In this document: in pieces, positions 16,414 to 25,938 of the stretch
Position numbering within the stretch: position 1 is the first letter of the stretch
How the letters are laid out: every line of letters starts with the position of its first letter
NCBI GenBank assembly: GCA_964415895.1
Contig: CAYQCC010000003.1
Span: 3,053 to 67,052 of the forward strand
Length of the DNA: 64,000 nucleotides
Direction: 5' to 3'
From: an uncultured Candidatus Saccharibacteria bacterium
GTDB taxonomy: Bacteria; Patescibacteriota; Minisyncoccia; Phycocordibacterales; UBA1006
The notes under the pieces: model-generated
Told to the model about the DNA's origin: nothing
Databases searched by the model: none
The model's input: only the letters and a program-made list of their open reading frames with translations
Made by a program: the position numbers and the translations under genes

Positions 16414-18156
16414 ATGCAGACACTTTATAATTACCTTAAAAAATATTGGAAATTGTGTGTTGCCGTATTGGTGTTGGCCCTGATTAATCAGTTCTTCTCA
16501 CTACTTGAACCCTATATCACGCAACAGCTGATTGACCGATATGCCAGCCATTATAAAGATTTTACACAGCATGAATTTCTGCTTGGTATCGGATTATTCG
16601 TTCTTGCATTTATCGGAACCGCATTCATTTCACGTGTTGCAAAGAATTTCCAGGATTATTATTTAAACACTGTCAGTAAACGATCCGGCGCCGACATGTA
16701 TCGCGAAGGAGTGAAGCATTCGCTCGCGCTGCCGTACAGCGTTTTTGAAGATGAACGATCTGGAGAAACTCTTGGAAAGCTACAGAAGGCGCGACAGGAT
16801 ACGGAAAATCTAATGCTTCAAATCGTAAACTCGATATTCGTTTCGGTTCTTATTTTTATATTCATTGCCGTGTATTCGGCTACGATCTACTGGCTCATTC
16901 CAATCGCGTTTTTTAGTATGGTGTTCCTTGTTGGTGGAATCAGCGCGTTCATGTCTCGTCGCATCAAGAAGATCCAGACTACGATCGTTGCGGAAACAAC
17001 TGCACTTGCTGGGTCTACCACAGAATCGCTACGAAATATCGAGCTTGTAAAATCGCTCGGCCTTGCAGGACAGGAAGTCGATCGCCTAAACATGGTTACG
17101 GAAAAGATTTTGAAACTGGAACTTAAGAAATTGCGTTATCTACGATCTTTGGATTTCGTCCAAGGAACAATTATGAATGCTGTTCGCGCAGCGCTTCTGT
17201 TCTTCCTATTCTACCTGATTTATATAGAGACAATTACGCTTGGTCAGTACTTCTCGCTCAGCATCTATACATTCTTCCTATTCTTCCCATTACAGCAGAT
17301 CGCACCATTTATTGCTGCATATCGCGAGACAGAAGCATCACTTGCAAATTATGAAAAGCTGATGAACACATCACCGGAACCGAACCCAGAAAGCGCAAAA
17401 GCAATTGGCGATGTAACGAAACTTGAATTTAATAATGTTTCATTTGGTTACGGCACCGCAACTACGAAAGCTCTTTCGGATATATCGTACAATGTACAGC
17501 AAGGAAAAACGATTGCATTCGTTGGTCCGTCTGGATCTGGAAAAACATCGCTTGTGAAATTATTGGTTGGTTTGTATATTCCAACAGATGGTGCAATTTT
17601 GTACAACAATATCCGCCACGACGAAATTAACAAGGAAGAACTTCGCAAGCAGATCGGATTTGTTACCCAAGACACGCAATTATTTTCGGGAACAATTCGC
17701 GAGAACTTATTATTTGTGAACCCAAATGCAACAGACGATGAATGTTTGGATGTACTGAACAAAGCACAGTGTCAAAACTTGCTTTCTCGCGGTGGACAAG
17801 GTCTCGACACAGTAATCGGTGAAGGTGGCGTAAAAGTTTCTGGTGGTGAAAAACAACGACTATCAATTGCTCGCGCACTGTTGCGCAAGCCAAAAGTTTT
17901 GGTATTCGATGAGGCGACATCAGCTCTTGATTCATTGACCGAGGAAGAAATCGGAAAAACTATTCGTGATGTATCTCAATTAAAATCTCATATTACCATT
18001 TTGATTGCACACCGACTTTCAACAATCATGCATGCAGATTGTATCTATGTTCTTGAGAAAGGATCTATTATAGAATCTGGAACTCATACACAATTGATCG
18101 AAGAAAAAGGTTTGTACAGCGCTATGTGGCGCCAGCAAGTCGGGGAACGAAACTAG
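16414..18156 (+). CDS. ABC transporter, fused permease/ATP-binding protein (type I exporter, MsbA-like)
   Basis: Six-TM N-domain; Walker A 'GPSGSGKTS', signature 'LSGGEKQRLSIARAL', Walker B 'VLVFDEATSALD'. Confidence 0.85.
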   Translation: MQTLYNYLKKYWKLCVAVLVLALINQFFSLLEPYITQQLIDRYASHYKDFTQHEFLLGIGLFVLAFIGTAFISRVAKNFQDYYLNTVSKRSGADMYREGVKHSLALPYSVFEDERSGETLGKLQKARQDTENLMLQIVNSIFVSVLIFIFIAVYSATIYWLIPIAFFSMVFLVGGISAFMSRRIKKIQTTIVAETTALAGSTTESLRNIELVKSLGLAGQEVDRLNMVTEKILKLELKKLRYLRSLDFVQGTIMNAVRAALLFFLFYLIYIETITLGQYFSLSIYTFFLFFPLQQIAPFIAAYRETEASLANYEKLMNTSPEPNPESAKAIGDVTKLEFNNVSFGYGTATTKALSDISYNVQQGKTIAFVGPSGSGKTSLVKLLVGLYIPTDGAILYNNIRHDEINKEELRKQIGFVTQDTQLFSGTIRENLLFVNPNATDDECLDVLNKAQCQNLLSRGGQGLDTVIGEGGVKVSGGEKQRLSIARALLRKPKVLVFDEATSALDSLTEEEIGKTIRDVSQLKSHITILIAHRLSTIMHADCIYVLEKGSIIESGTHTQLIEEKGLYSAMWRQQVGERN

Positions 18157-18183
18157 TTTAATAAAACACGCTTTATGCGTGTT

Positions 18184-18582
18184 TTATTTTTGTATCATTT
18201 CCAAACGTCCTTTTCGCTTTGTGATATTTTTATAATCCCATTGAATCTCTTTCGCTTTTTTCAGCCATCGCTTCAAGTGAGTAATCTTTATTTGTTTTAG
18301 ATCTGCATAATTTATCTCTGCTGCCTTAAAAGATCCTTCTGGTTTTAAATCTGGTTCATCGAATGATTGTCCACTCCAAAATAGTAATTGAACATCACCT
18401 TTCTTTCTCACCCAATATCCAACAATGGGATTTTCATCAATAAACCATACGGGTCTGCCGTGCCAGACTTTTGAAGTGCTTTTCTTAAGACTGGCATTAA
18501 TAGTAGTTTCCAGAACATCACAGATTTCTTTGATGTTCTTTGGTTGAGATTTATTGTATTCAGTAATGGTTTTAGTGTTCAT
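18184..18582 (-). CDS. Hypothetical protein, 132 aa
   Basis: ORF track only. Confidence 0.4.
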   Translation of the reverse strand: MNTKTITEYNKSQPKNIKEICDVLETTINASLKKSTSKVWHGRPVWFIDENPIVGYWVRKKGDVQLLFWSGQSFDEPDLKPEGSFKAAEINYADLKQIKITHLKRWLKKAKEIQWDYKNITKRKGRLEMIQK

Positions 18583-18586
18583 ATGA

Positions 18587-19723
18587 TTATATTTCGTAAT
18601 CTATTTTTAATTGCTTAATAAATTTATTATGCGTATTTATATTAACTGCTTGTTTCCATAGCCCAAACCCTTCTTTTACATGAGGGTTATCTAAGTCAAA
18701 GTTTTTTGAAATCTTGCTAATGTCTTTGTGTAATCTTTTTTGCTCATTTTTAAGCCATTCAATAATCTCTTTAATAATACTGTGTTGCTTTAGGAATGCA
18801 TGAACTTTCATCGGTAAGTCCTTATTGACGTACTCTCCTGTATTAGCAGCAGTAACCACTTCATTAAATAGATCAGGGTCTGTATCTTGAGCTATTTTCA
18901 GAAGTTTGTAAGTAGGTTCGGTCATTCGATCAGAAATAATATCTTTCATATAGTCTTCGCCTGCAATCTTTTCAGCAGTTGTTATTTCCTTGTTCGGAAT
19001 CATAAAGTCTGAAGCATTATTTATTGCCTGTAGATGAAGACCGTTCTGATAACATATTTTAAAGATGTTTTCCTTTTTTCCTTTAAATAAATCCTGATTC
19101 TCAGAAGGATCAAATTCTCTGGTTATAATTTCAAAACACATTTGATAAAGAGTTCCATTAGTAAATCCGCCGACACTGTTATCCATCTTCCAGAAATTAT
19201 TCTCGGTCATAGTATTGAAATCTTTGAACCGCGTGAAATTCTCACTTGCATATCCTAGAGCACTATTTGAGAACCAAGTATCGAATATAAACAACTTCGT
19301 ACTGTCTTGTAATGGAAGTTTCAGGATATCGTGATGCATTAAATAGCCTAATGTGATCAAGTCTGACATTCTTTGCTTCGGATCTTTTGTTCCAATATTT
19401 TTATTATCAAGAATCCAGTTATATGTATATGATGACCACATGCATAATTCTATGGCTGCCATAGATGGTAATAGCTCCTTAATTGTAATCTCTTTACCGA
19501 GCAATATCTTGGCAGCAATATAAACCCAATTTGCACGAACATGTCCTTTTTTAACTTTCAATTTCCGCTTTAAAATATAGTCTTCATAAAGCGCTTCGAC
19601 AAAATTGCCTTCGATGATTTTATCGAATACTGGCGTTTCCATTGAATGATAGAAGTCGAGCAAATACTGGTTTAGCTCTGCTCCGATTTCTTCACTTATC
19701 TTGTAATAATCTGGTTGATTCAT
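18587..19723 (-). CDS. Hypothetical protein, 378 aa (possibly alpha-helical terpenoid-synthase-like fold; unverified)
   Basis: ORF track; no definitive motif. Confidence 0.4.
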   Translation of the reverse strand: MNQPDYYKISEEIGAELNQYLLDFYHSMETPVFDKIIEGNFVEALYEDYILKRKLKVKKGHVRANWVYIAAKILLGKEITIKELLPSMAAIELCMWSSYTYNWILDNKNIGTKDPKQRMSDLITLGYLMHHDILKLPLQDSTKLFIFDTWFSNSALGYASENFTRFKDFNTMTENNFWKMDNSVGGFTNGTLYQMCFEIITREFDPSENQDLFKGKKENIFKICYQNGLHLQAINNASDFMIPNKEITTAEKIAGEDYMKDIISDRMTEPTYKLLKIAQDTDPDLFNEVVTAANTGEYVNKDLPMKVHAFLKQHSIIKEIIEWLKNEQKRLHKDISKISKNFDLDNPHVKEGFGLWKQAVNINTHNKFIKQLKIDYEI

Positions 19724-19876
19724 AACTTTGTGGAGAGTTGAGGCAGTGAACCCCTTGCATAGATACCTCTATACTTAGCTACAATTAGCACTCCCCAATA
19801 CCACGATTATACTCAAAGCCTCCTTAAAGGAAAGATGTATACCTAAAATACTCTTTTTAGGCTAAACTATACTTAT

Positions 19877-20128
19877 ATGACACAGAAAAAGGTTTCCTCT
19901 GGAACCGTTCACAAATTACCTCTTGATTTGCGCCAAGCTATTATTAGCTCACCTAAAGTTTATGCTTTATGGGAAGACATCACACCGCTTGCTCGTAATG
20001 AATGGATCTGCTGGGTCACTTCTGGCAAGCTTGCGGAAACACGAGGTATTCGCATTGCAAAAGCAATTTCCAAAATGTCAGGCGGAATGCGCCGACCATG
20101 CTGTTGGGCAGGATGTACTCATCGGTAA
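19877..20128 (+). CDS. Small hypothetical protein (YdeI/OmdA-like?)
   Basis: 83-aa ORF; weak family resemblance only. Confidence 0.3.
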   Translation: MTQKKVSSGTVHKLPLDLRQAIISSPKVYALWEDITPLARNEWICWVTSGKLAETRGIRIAKAISKMSGGMRRPCCWAGCTHR

Positions 20129-20161
20129 AATACAATTTATAATTAAGACTAGAAACCCTTT

Positions 20162-20500
20162 ATGATCACTTATGAAGATTTTGAAAAAGTTGATATCCGC
20201 GCTGGAAAAATTATCAATGTCGAAGACTTCCCAGAAGCTCGAAAACCAGCTTTCAAGCTAACAATCGATTTCGGTCCAGAGATTGGAATAAAACGATCAA
20301 GCGTTCAATTGCCAGGAACGTATGTAAAAGAAGAATTGCAAAACATGCTAGTTGTATGCGTGGTAAACTTTCCACCAAAGCGCATTGATACGTTCGTATC
20401 GGAAGTTCTTACGCTTGGATTTAAGAATACCGACGGACAAGGATATGTATTGGTTTCACCATCCAAATCAAGCATTGAACTTGGTGATAAGCTTTGTTAA
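20162..20500 (+). CDS. csaA: tRNA-binding domain protein (CsaA/EMAP-type OB fold)
   Basis: 'DIRAGKIINVEDFPEARKPAFKLTIDFG' is typical of CsaA/MetRS C-terminal tRNA-binding domain. Confidence 0.65.
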   Translation: MITYEDFEKVDIRAGKIINVEDFPEARKPAFKLTIDFGPEIGIKRSSVQLPGTYVKEELQNMLVVCVVNFPPKRIDTFVSEVLTLGFKNTDGQGYVLVSPSKSSIELGDKLC

Positions 20501-20522
20501 TAAAAAACACCGTAGGTGTTTT

Positions 20523-21284
20523 TTATTTTTTGAATGACAGCTTACTTTCTTTTAGCGCTTTCCTTAATACTGGAATTGCGCTTGGCCCAATGCCATGGAG
20601 GCTCATCAATTCTTTTTCAGTCCACTTTGATAAATCTTTTAAATTCTTTATCTTTGCATTTTCAAGTGCACGAGTCGCTGGTGCAGAAATCTTTTCAAAC
20701 ACGCTTGTTAGTTTCATTTCTGTGACCTTATAAGCCTTTCCTTTTGAATCATAGGTCGTCCATGTCCCCCTTTGAATTCCTTTGTCAAAAGTTCCTGATC
20801 GCATTTTTGTTCCGTCCTTCCGAAACCATTCCCAGTATCCATCCATTGTTTTACCAGTAAGTTTTCCTTTCGCCCACATACTTCCGTCTGCATGATAATG
20901 TGTGTAATTACCTGAAGGGCTTTTCTTTGGTGCTTTCTTTACAGATTCTTTCAATCTAAATTTTGTTATCTTTCCAATTAGTGCCAAAGGAGGTTGTTTG
21001 TTAACCGGAAAACGAACACAGCCTTTTGACGTTGAATAACCTGAAAGTTCCTTTTCAAATTTCACAATTGCAGACGGTGCTGGATAAAAACCGATGTGAG
21101 TTTTATAGCCAGCAAAGTGTACAAGATTCTCGTCATTCAGCCGAAATGTCGGCATACCATATCGAATTGCTTCCTCTGCACCAGGAATAGCTTTGTTGAT
21201 CGTCATTCGCATAGACTGCAGTGTGACTTGCATATCTTTCGGAAATGATTTGATGTATTGATCGATGGTCTTATAGTCTTTCAT
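20523..21284 (-). CDS. DUF1801(YdhG)-like N-domain fused to MORN-repeat and helix-hairpin-helix C-region; hypothetical
   Basis: MORN-like 'YHADGSMWAKGKL...GYWEWFRKDGTKMRSG'; C-terminal HhH 'LHGIGPSA'. Confidence 0.45.
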   Translation of the reverse strand: MKDYKTIDQYIKSFPKDMQVTLQSMRMTINKAIPGAEEAIRYGMPTFRLNDENLVHFAGYKTHIGFYPAPSAIVKFEKELSGYSTSKGCVRFPVNKQPPLALIGKITKFRLKESVKKAPKKSPSGNYTHYHADGSMWAKGKLTGKTMDGYWEWFRKDGTKMRSGTFDKGIQRGTWTTYDSKGKAYKVTEMKLTSVFEKISAPATRALENAKIKNLKDLSKWTEKELMSLHGIGPSAIPVLRKALKESKLSFKK

Positions 21285-21316
21285 ATTGTTATTATATCAA
21301 GGTTTGTAACAGTTGT

Positions 21317-22162
21317 TTATTGCTTCTTAATCCAGAAATCCTTACTTAATTTTTTAACAATCTTTTGAGTCTTTTTTGAGTTTTTCGATATAACAATGCG
21401 GTTCTTTCCTCGATTATTAATAATGTCATCGAGTCTTGCAACTGATTCTTTTGTCATGTGAGTATAATTCTTAAAGAATTCTTCTAGTCTATTTGCTGTT
21501 GGAATATCGATATATATTTCAATCAAAATATCACCAAAGATATTTAAATAGTAATTCTTCTTTTTAAATAACGGACGATCAAGATTATTTGCTTGAATAC
21601 CTTCAAGTTTAAGTAGAATCTTTTTTGCCTCTTTATCCAATAATGTATTATTGCCAGCTGTTGCCAAATATTGAACCCCTTTTGTAAAAGCCTTTTTAAT
21701 CTGCCATTCCTCACTATGCGCACGACTCATTAACATAAACCAGTCATGAGGAACATAGGTATATACTTGTGAACCTCTTTTCACGACGTCTAAAAACAAC
21801 CCAAATACGTGTGACCAAAACATTTCGGCTTCCTGAGCCGAGTTAAAGAAGTACTCGATCCGCTCGCTTTCCTGCAAATCCAAGAAAGATTTTTGGGGAG
21901 ATATACCCTTGTTGTTATATTTTGCAACATTCACGTAATCTGCCAAGTCATCCAACCACCGTGAATACAATGTTATTACACCTTTATTAATAGTAATAAC
22001 CCCAGAGTCAGTCAGCTCACGTAATGCCAAATAGACAGCTTGTTTAGTAAAGCTTGTTTTTGATTTCTTAAAATGATCAACCATCTCAAGCGTTTTTATG
22101 GGACCGCTTTTCAGCTCTTTAAGTATTAAATCCTTTAATTTTTTAGGCTTATAGAGCTCCAT
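21317..22162 (-). CDS. wHTH-like 281-aa protein, paralog family member 1 (see 50728..51612 and 53547..54374)
   Basis: Shares N-terminal '...ALREL...', central 'MFW.H' and 'Y.Y.PH.W' blocks and a basic C-terminus with the other two paralogs. Confidence 0.5.
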   Translation of the reverse strand: MELYKPKKLKDLILKELKSGPIKTLEMVDHFKKSKTSFTKQAVYLALRELTDSGVITINKGVITLYSRWLDDLADYVNVAKYNNKGISPQKSFLDLQESERIEYFFNSAQEAEMFWSHVFGLFLDVVKRGSQVYTYVPHDWFMLMSRAHSEEWQIKKAFTKGVQYLATAGNNTLLDKEAKKILLKLEGIQANNLDRPLFKKKNYYLNIFGDILIEIYIDIPTANRLEEFFKNYTHMTKESVARLDDIINNRGKNRIVISKNSKKTQKIVKKLSKDFWIKKQ

Positions 22163-22225
22163 ATAAATAAGTATAGTAAAGTATTACTTTACTGACAAGT
22201 CTTATATTGACATTTTGTTGTAGAT

Positions 22226-23128
22226 GTGTCAATTCCCTGCTATCGTTACGCTATGAGAACATCATTCGACAATGTTTTACGAAAACGACTGATCATTGAA
22301 GCAATTGTTTCGCCTGAGAGTGCGCGCAATTTAAGCAATGTGACTTTTCTTGAAAATTACCTAAGAGACTTAAGCACTCGCGCAAACATGACAATCATGT
22401 TTGGTCCGCTCGTTCACAACTGGGCAGAGCAGCTTGATTATGAAAAATATGCAGGACTGGAAGGTGTGATCATCTGGGCTGAGTCAGGCGTGCAATTATA
22501 TACCTGGGAAAAACATAACGCTCTTACTATTGATATTTATAGCTGCAAGGACTTTTCCATTAACGAGATGGTAGAATTTACAAAAAATTACTTTACTACT
22601 GAAAAAATTGAGTGGAAGGAGGTGGAACCTATCCTAACTCTTGGCTTACCTGAAAACGAACATGTTGAAGTGCGAGATACCCCACATAAAGGAAAAGGCC
22701 TCTTTTTAAAGCATGACGTAAAAAAAGATACAATACTTGCGAGTTTTGACGCTGACATTCATTATGCAAAACGCGCTAGCGAACTTTCACTTCCTGTTCG
22801 AGATCGTGGTATTCAGTGCGGAGAATATTTTTACCGTGACTCTTACCTTATTCAATTTATTAATCATTCTTGTGAACCAAATGCAGGAGTGCATGGATTA
22901 TTTGATATTGTCGCAATGGACAACTTAAAAGCAGGAACTGAAATTAATTTTGATTATGCAATGAGCGAAGATAGCGACTGGGAACTGCCAAATGGAGCTT
23001 GTAAGTGCGGAACCCCAACATGCCGGGGAAAAGTTGGATCTTATAAAAATCTCCCTCTTTCAAAAAAAGCTGAGTATTGGGATTACACTTCTGATTGGCT
23101 GAAAGAAAAATATGGATTTCCAAAATAA
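22226..23128 (+). CDS. Fusion protein: N-terminal pyruvoyl-type S-adenosylmethionine decarboxylase-like domain plus C-terminal SET-domain methyltransferase
   Basis: 'IWAESGVQLYTWEKH' resembles the SpeD/SpeH Glu-Ser self-cleavage motif; SET motifs 'GKGLFL', 'NHSCEPN', post-SET 'CKCGTPTCRGK'. Confidence 0.55.
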   Translation: MSIPCYRYAMRTSFDNVLRKRLIIEAIVSPESARNLSNVTFLENYLRDLSTRANMTIMFGPLVHNWAEQLDYEKYAGLEGVIIWAESGVQLYTWEKHNALTIDIYSCKDFSINEMVEFTKNYFTTEKIEWKEVEPILTLGLPENEHVEVRDTPHKGKGLFLKHDVKKDTILASFDADIHYAKRASELSLPVRDRGIQCGEYFYRDSYLIQFINHSCEPNAGVHGLFDIVAMDNLKAGTEINFDYAMSEDSDWELPNGACKCGTPTCRGKVGSYKNLPLSKKAEYWDYTSDWLKEKYGFPK

Positions 23129-23145
23129 AAACACCAAAGGTGTTT

Positions 23146-23595
23146 TTATTTTTCTGAAATCTCCTTCAATTTTTCAAGCGCTCGTGGCCACATTTCTGTA
23201 AACATATCCGCGTATTGCTCCTCAATTTCAAGCTCTACAGATAGTTCCGTGCCGCCATCTTTTTCATGGAATGTGTAACTTTCAGATGACTTATTCCAGT
23301 GCTGCGCTGCCTCGCTTTCAGTATCAATAATGCCATTTGCATAGATTCCCTTGTGTGCTAGTAAGACATATTCGTGCGGTCGGTTTTCTGCGACATCTGC
23401 AACCATACCATCATCCATTCCGTTCTCGTTTGGTCCAACAAACAACATTCTTGACCCCTTACTCCAATCGCCTTTGTAATAGGATCCTGCATGAAACTCG
23501 TTTGTCCAAACGCGATACGTCGCATCATCTAACATCATATTCCATACATGCTCGATAGGTGCGTTGATAAAGATTGTGTAGTGAACTTTTTTCAT
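23146..23595 (-). CDS. SRPBCC (AHSA1/Aha1-like) domain protein
   Basis: 'TIFINAPIEHVWNMMLD...RVWT' START/Bet v1-like signature. Confidence 0.55.
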   Translation of the reverse strand: MKKVHYTIFINAPIEHVWNMMLDDATYRVWTNEFHAGSYYKGDWSKGSRMLFVGPNENGMDDGMVADVAENRPHEYVLLAHKGIYANGIIDTESEAAQHWNKSSESYTFHEKDGGTELSVELEIEEQYADMFTEMWPRALEKLKEISEK

Positions 23596-23599
23596 ATAA

Positions 23600-24037
23600 T
23601 TATTTATTAGCGCAATTAATCATCCACTGTACGCCATATTTATCAGTGAACGCTGCATAATATCCGCCCCAAAACATTTCGATTGGAGCTTGCTCGATCT
23701 TTCCATCACCCGAAAGAGCTGAAAACAATGTATCAACCTCTGTGCGCGTATCTGGTTCAAGATTGATATAAACATTATTTCCAAAGTTTACTATAAAACC
23801 CATGGATTCAGGTGCATCCGTTCCCATTAATACGTGTCCACCAGTGATCACAAGTTCAACATGTAAGACAAGATTCTTGTCCTCGTCTGATAATTCAGGC
23901 TGTCCGTCAGGTCGTGGTGCGTCACCTAGACGTGCAATTCCATCATTGCCAAATTCACCACCAAATGCAGATTTATAAAAATTGAATGCTTCTTCGGTAT
24001 TGCCATTGAAATTTAAATACGTTGATGTTCGTGCCAT
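23600..24037 (-). CDS. PhnB-like VOC-superfamily protein (paralog of 15368..15790)
   Basis: 'NFNGNTEEAFNFYKSAFGGEF...DKYGVQWMIN'. Confidence 0.6.
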   Translation of the reverse strand: MARTSTYLNFNGNTEEAFNFYKSAFGGEFGNDGIARLGDAPRPDGQPELSDEDKNLVLHVELVITGGHVLMGTDAPESMGFIVNFGNNVYINLEPDTRTEVDTLFSALSGDGKIEQAPIEMFWGGYYAAFTDKYGVQWMINCANK

Positions 24038-24054
24038 ATAAAAGAGATTAATTA

Positions 24055-24483
24055 TTAATTTGCTTCAACATGCTTCTTGAAATTTGAAAGTATAGCTTCC
24101 CACCCAGCTTTCTGCACCTCTTCTGAATTTTGATTTTCAGGATCAAATGTTTCGGTTACTTTTGTCGTATCTCCGATCGCTTTAAATGACACTGAGACAT
24201 TGCGGCCGACTTCTTCACCTGGAAACTTATTCATTGTGTATTCAATCAATTCATTTGGAACAACATTTGTGTATGTTCCTCCAAAATCAAAACTTACTGA
24301 TTTGTCTTTTGCTGCCATAGTCGTTACAAATGTTCCACCAACTGTCAAATCATTAGTTGCATGTGGTGCTTCCCAGTCATCTGAAGCGAATGCCCATTTT
24401 GTAATATGCTCTGGCTCGTTCCAGTATTTCCACACTTTCTCGATTGGTGCATTAATAATTGTTTCTACGGTTATTTTATTCAT
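24055..24483 (-). CDS. SRPBCC (AHSA1-like) domain protein
   Basis: 'ETIINAPIEKVWKYWNEPEHITKW'. Confidence 0.55.
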   Translation of the reverse strand: MNKITVETIINAPIEKVWKYWNEPEHITKWAFASDDWEAPHATNDLTVGGTFVTTMAAKDKSVSFDFGGTYTNVVPNELIEYTMNKFPGEEVGRNVSVSFKAIGDTTKVTETFDPENQNSEEVQKAGWEAILSNFKKHVEAN

Positions 24484-24508
24484 ATACCCAAGTTTAACAT
24501 TTTTAGAT

Positions 24509-25186
24509 TTAATAGGAAATTCTAATGTTTTCTTTCTCTTGTTTTATTTTCCTAATTGAAACGGGTCCAATATCACCAAGATTTTCAACGTGCGTTCCGC
24601 CGCACGGAATGCTGAAATCACCATAATATACAACACGTTGCGGTTTTCCATTCTGTAAAACATCGTTTTCAAACACAAGAGTTGTTTTAATATTCCTATT
24701 TATTATTTCATTGCATTTATTTTCAATATCTTGTAGCAACTTTTCTTTATCTAATCCATCCAAACTTCCTGCATACTCTACGTACGGTCCGTTTGGAAAA
24801 TGATAACCCTTGCCTGGAACCCAGTCGATTAATAATTCTTTTAATGCCATATCTACCAAGTGACCAATGGAATGCAGCCTTGTATGAAGTATCCGTTTTT
24901 CCTGATCGACCAATAGTTCAACCTTTTCTCCAATACTCAAATTTCCTGACTCGTATGTGCCAATATGATGAACCTGTTCGTTCACATAACGAACTTCTTC
25001 GACTTGAAAAATCGCATTGTCATTTTTAATAATGCCAGTGTCGTACGGCTGACCACCACCTTGCGGATAAAAAATTGTCTCGTTCAATACAATGACAGTT
25101 TTTCCATCAATGGTCTTTATATCTTCAATAATAGATTCGTAGGAATACATATTCATGTGCTCCATATAGATAAGTTTTGTAGTCAT
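24509..25186 (-). CDS. alaX: AlaX-like alanyl-tRNA editing protein (tRNA synthetase second additional domain)
   Basis: 'ETIFYPQGGGQPYDTG', 'HTRLHSIGH' (HxxxH) and 'CGGTHV' zinc-binding motifs. Confidence 0.7.
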   Translation of the reverse strand: MTTKLIYMEHMNMYSYESIIEDIKTIDGKTVIVLNETIFYPQGGGQPYDTGIIKNDNAIFQVEEVRYVNEQVHHIGTYESGNLSIGEKVELLVDQEKRILHTRLHSIGHLVDMALKELLIDWVPGKGYHFPNGPYVEYAGSLDGLDKEKLLQDIENKCNEIINRNIKTTLVFENDVLQNGKPQRVVYYGDFSIPCGGTHVENLGDIGPVSIRKIKQEKENIRISY

Positions 25187-25305
25187 ATAGTTTCAAGAAA
25201 ATATTAATAATCATTAATAAGTATAAATATGTGCAAATATAAGTTAATTTTTATAGCAAATTAATCATATTTGTATCTTTTTGTTATAAATGATAGATTA
25301 TCAAC

Positions 25306-25938
25306 ATGATCAAGATTAATGAAATTGTTGAGAATATTGTGTATTCCGAGGAAGAAGCCTTGTATTCCCTTTCGCAGAAATTTATGAACCTGTCTGCGTA
25401 TGCCAAACGCATTCGGAAAGAGGTTGACCGGCAAACAAAGAAAACCGTTCAAGCAACTAGTATTGTTGTTGCACTTTCGCGTATCCAGAAACAAATGAAA
25501 AAGGTGCATCCGTTAATTCAAGATGTTAAGATTAATAATATCACTGCCAAATCTCCCTTGTCAGAAATCGTGTTTGAAAAAACGCCAGCAATTGTGAGCA
25601 AACTTTCCCAGCTATATGAGCAAGTGAAAACAACCAGTGATGATTTTCTAACTATGACACTTTCAACATCGGAAATCACCGTAATTTGTTCTGATCGGAT
25701 TAAAGATTCAGTATTAAAGCATTTCAATGAAAAGCCAATCATGATCGAATCAGGACTGGCTTCGCTTGGCATATCAATTGACCCGAAATATTATCCGATG
25801 CCAAATATCACCTATTCGTTGATCCGCAGAATCGCTACTAAAAAGATTCCATTAGCAGAAACGATTACGACACATGCTGAAATTATTTTTGTGTTTCATC
25901 AGAAAGATCTTTCCGAGATGATTAGCTTGTTTTCGTAA
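25306..25938 (+). CDS. Hypothetical protein, 210 aa (ACT-like regulatory fold?)
   Basis: ORF track only. Confidence 0.35.
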   Translation: MIKINEIVENIVYSEEEALYSLSQKFMNLSAYAKRIRKEVDRQTKKTVQATSIVVALSRIQKQMKKVHPLIQDVKINNITAKSPLSEIVFEKTPAIVSKLSQLYEQVKTTSDDFLTMTLSTSEITVICSDRIKDSVLKHFNEKPIMIESGLASLGISIDPKYYPMPNITYSLIRRIATKKIPLAETITTHAEIIFVFHQKDLSEMISLFS

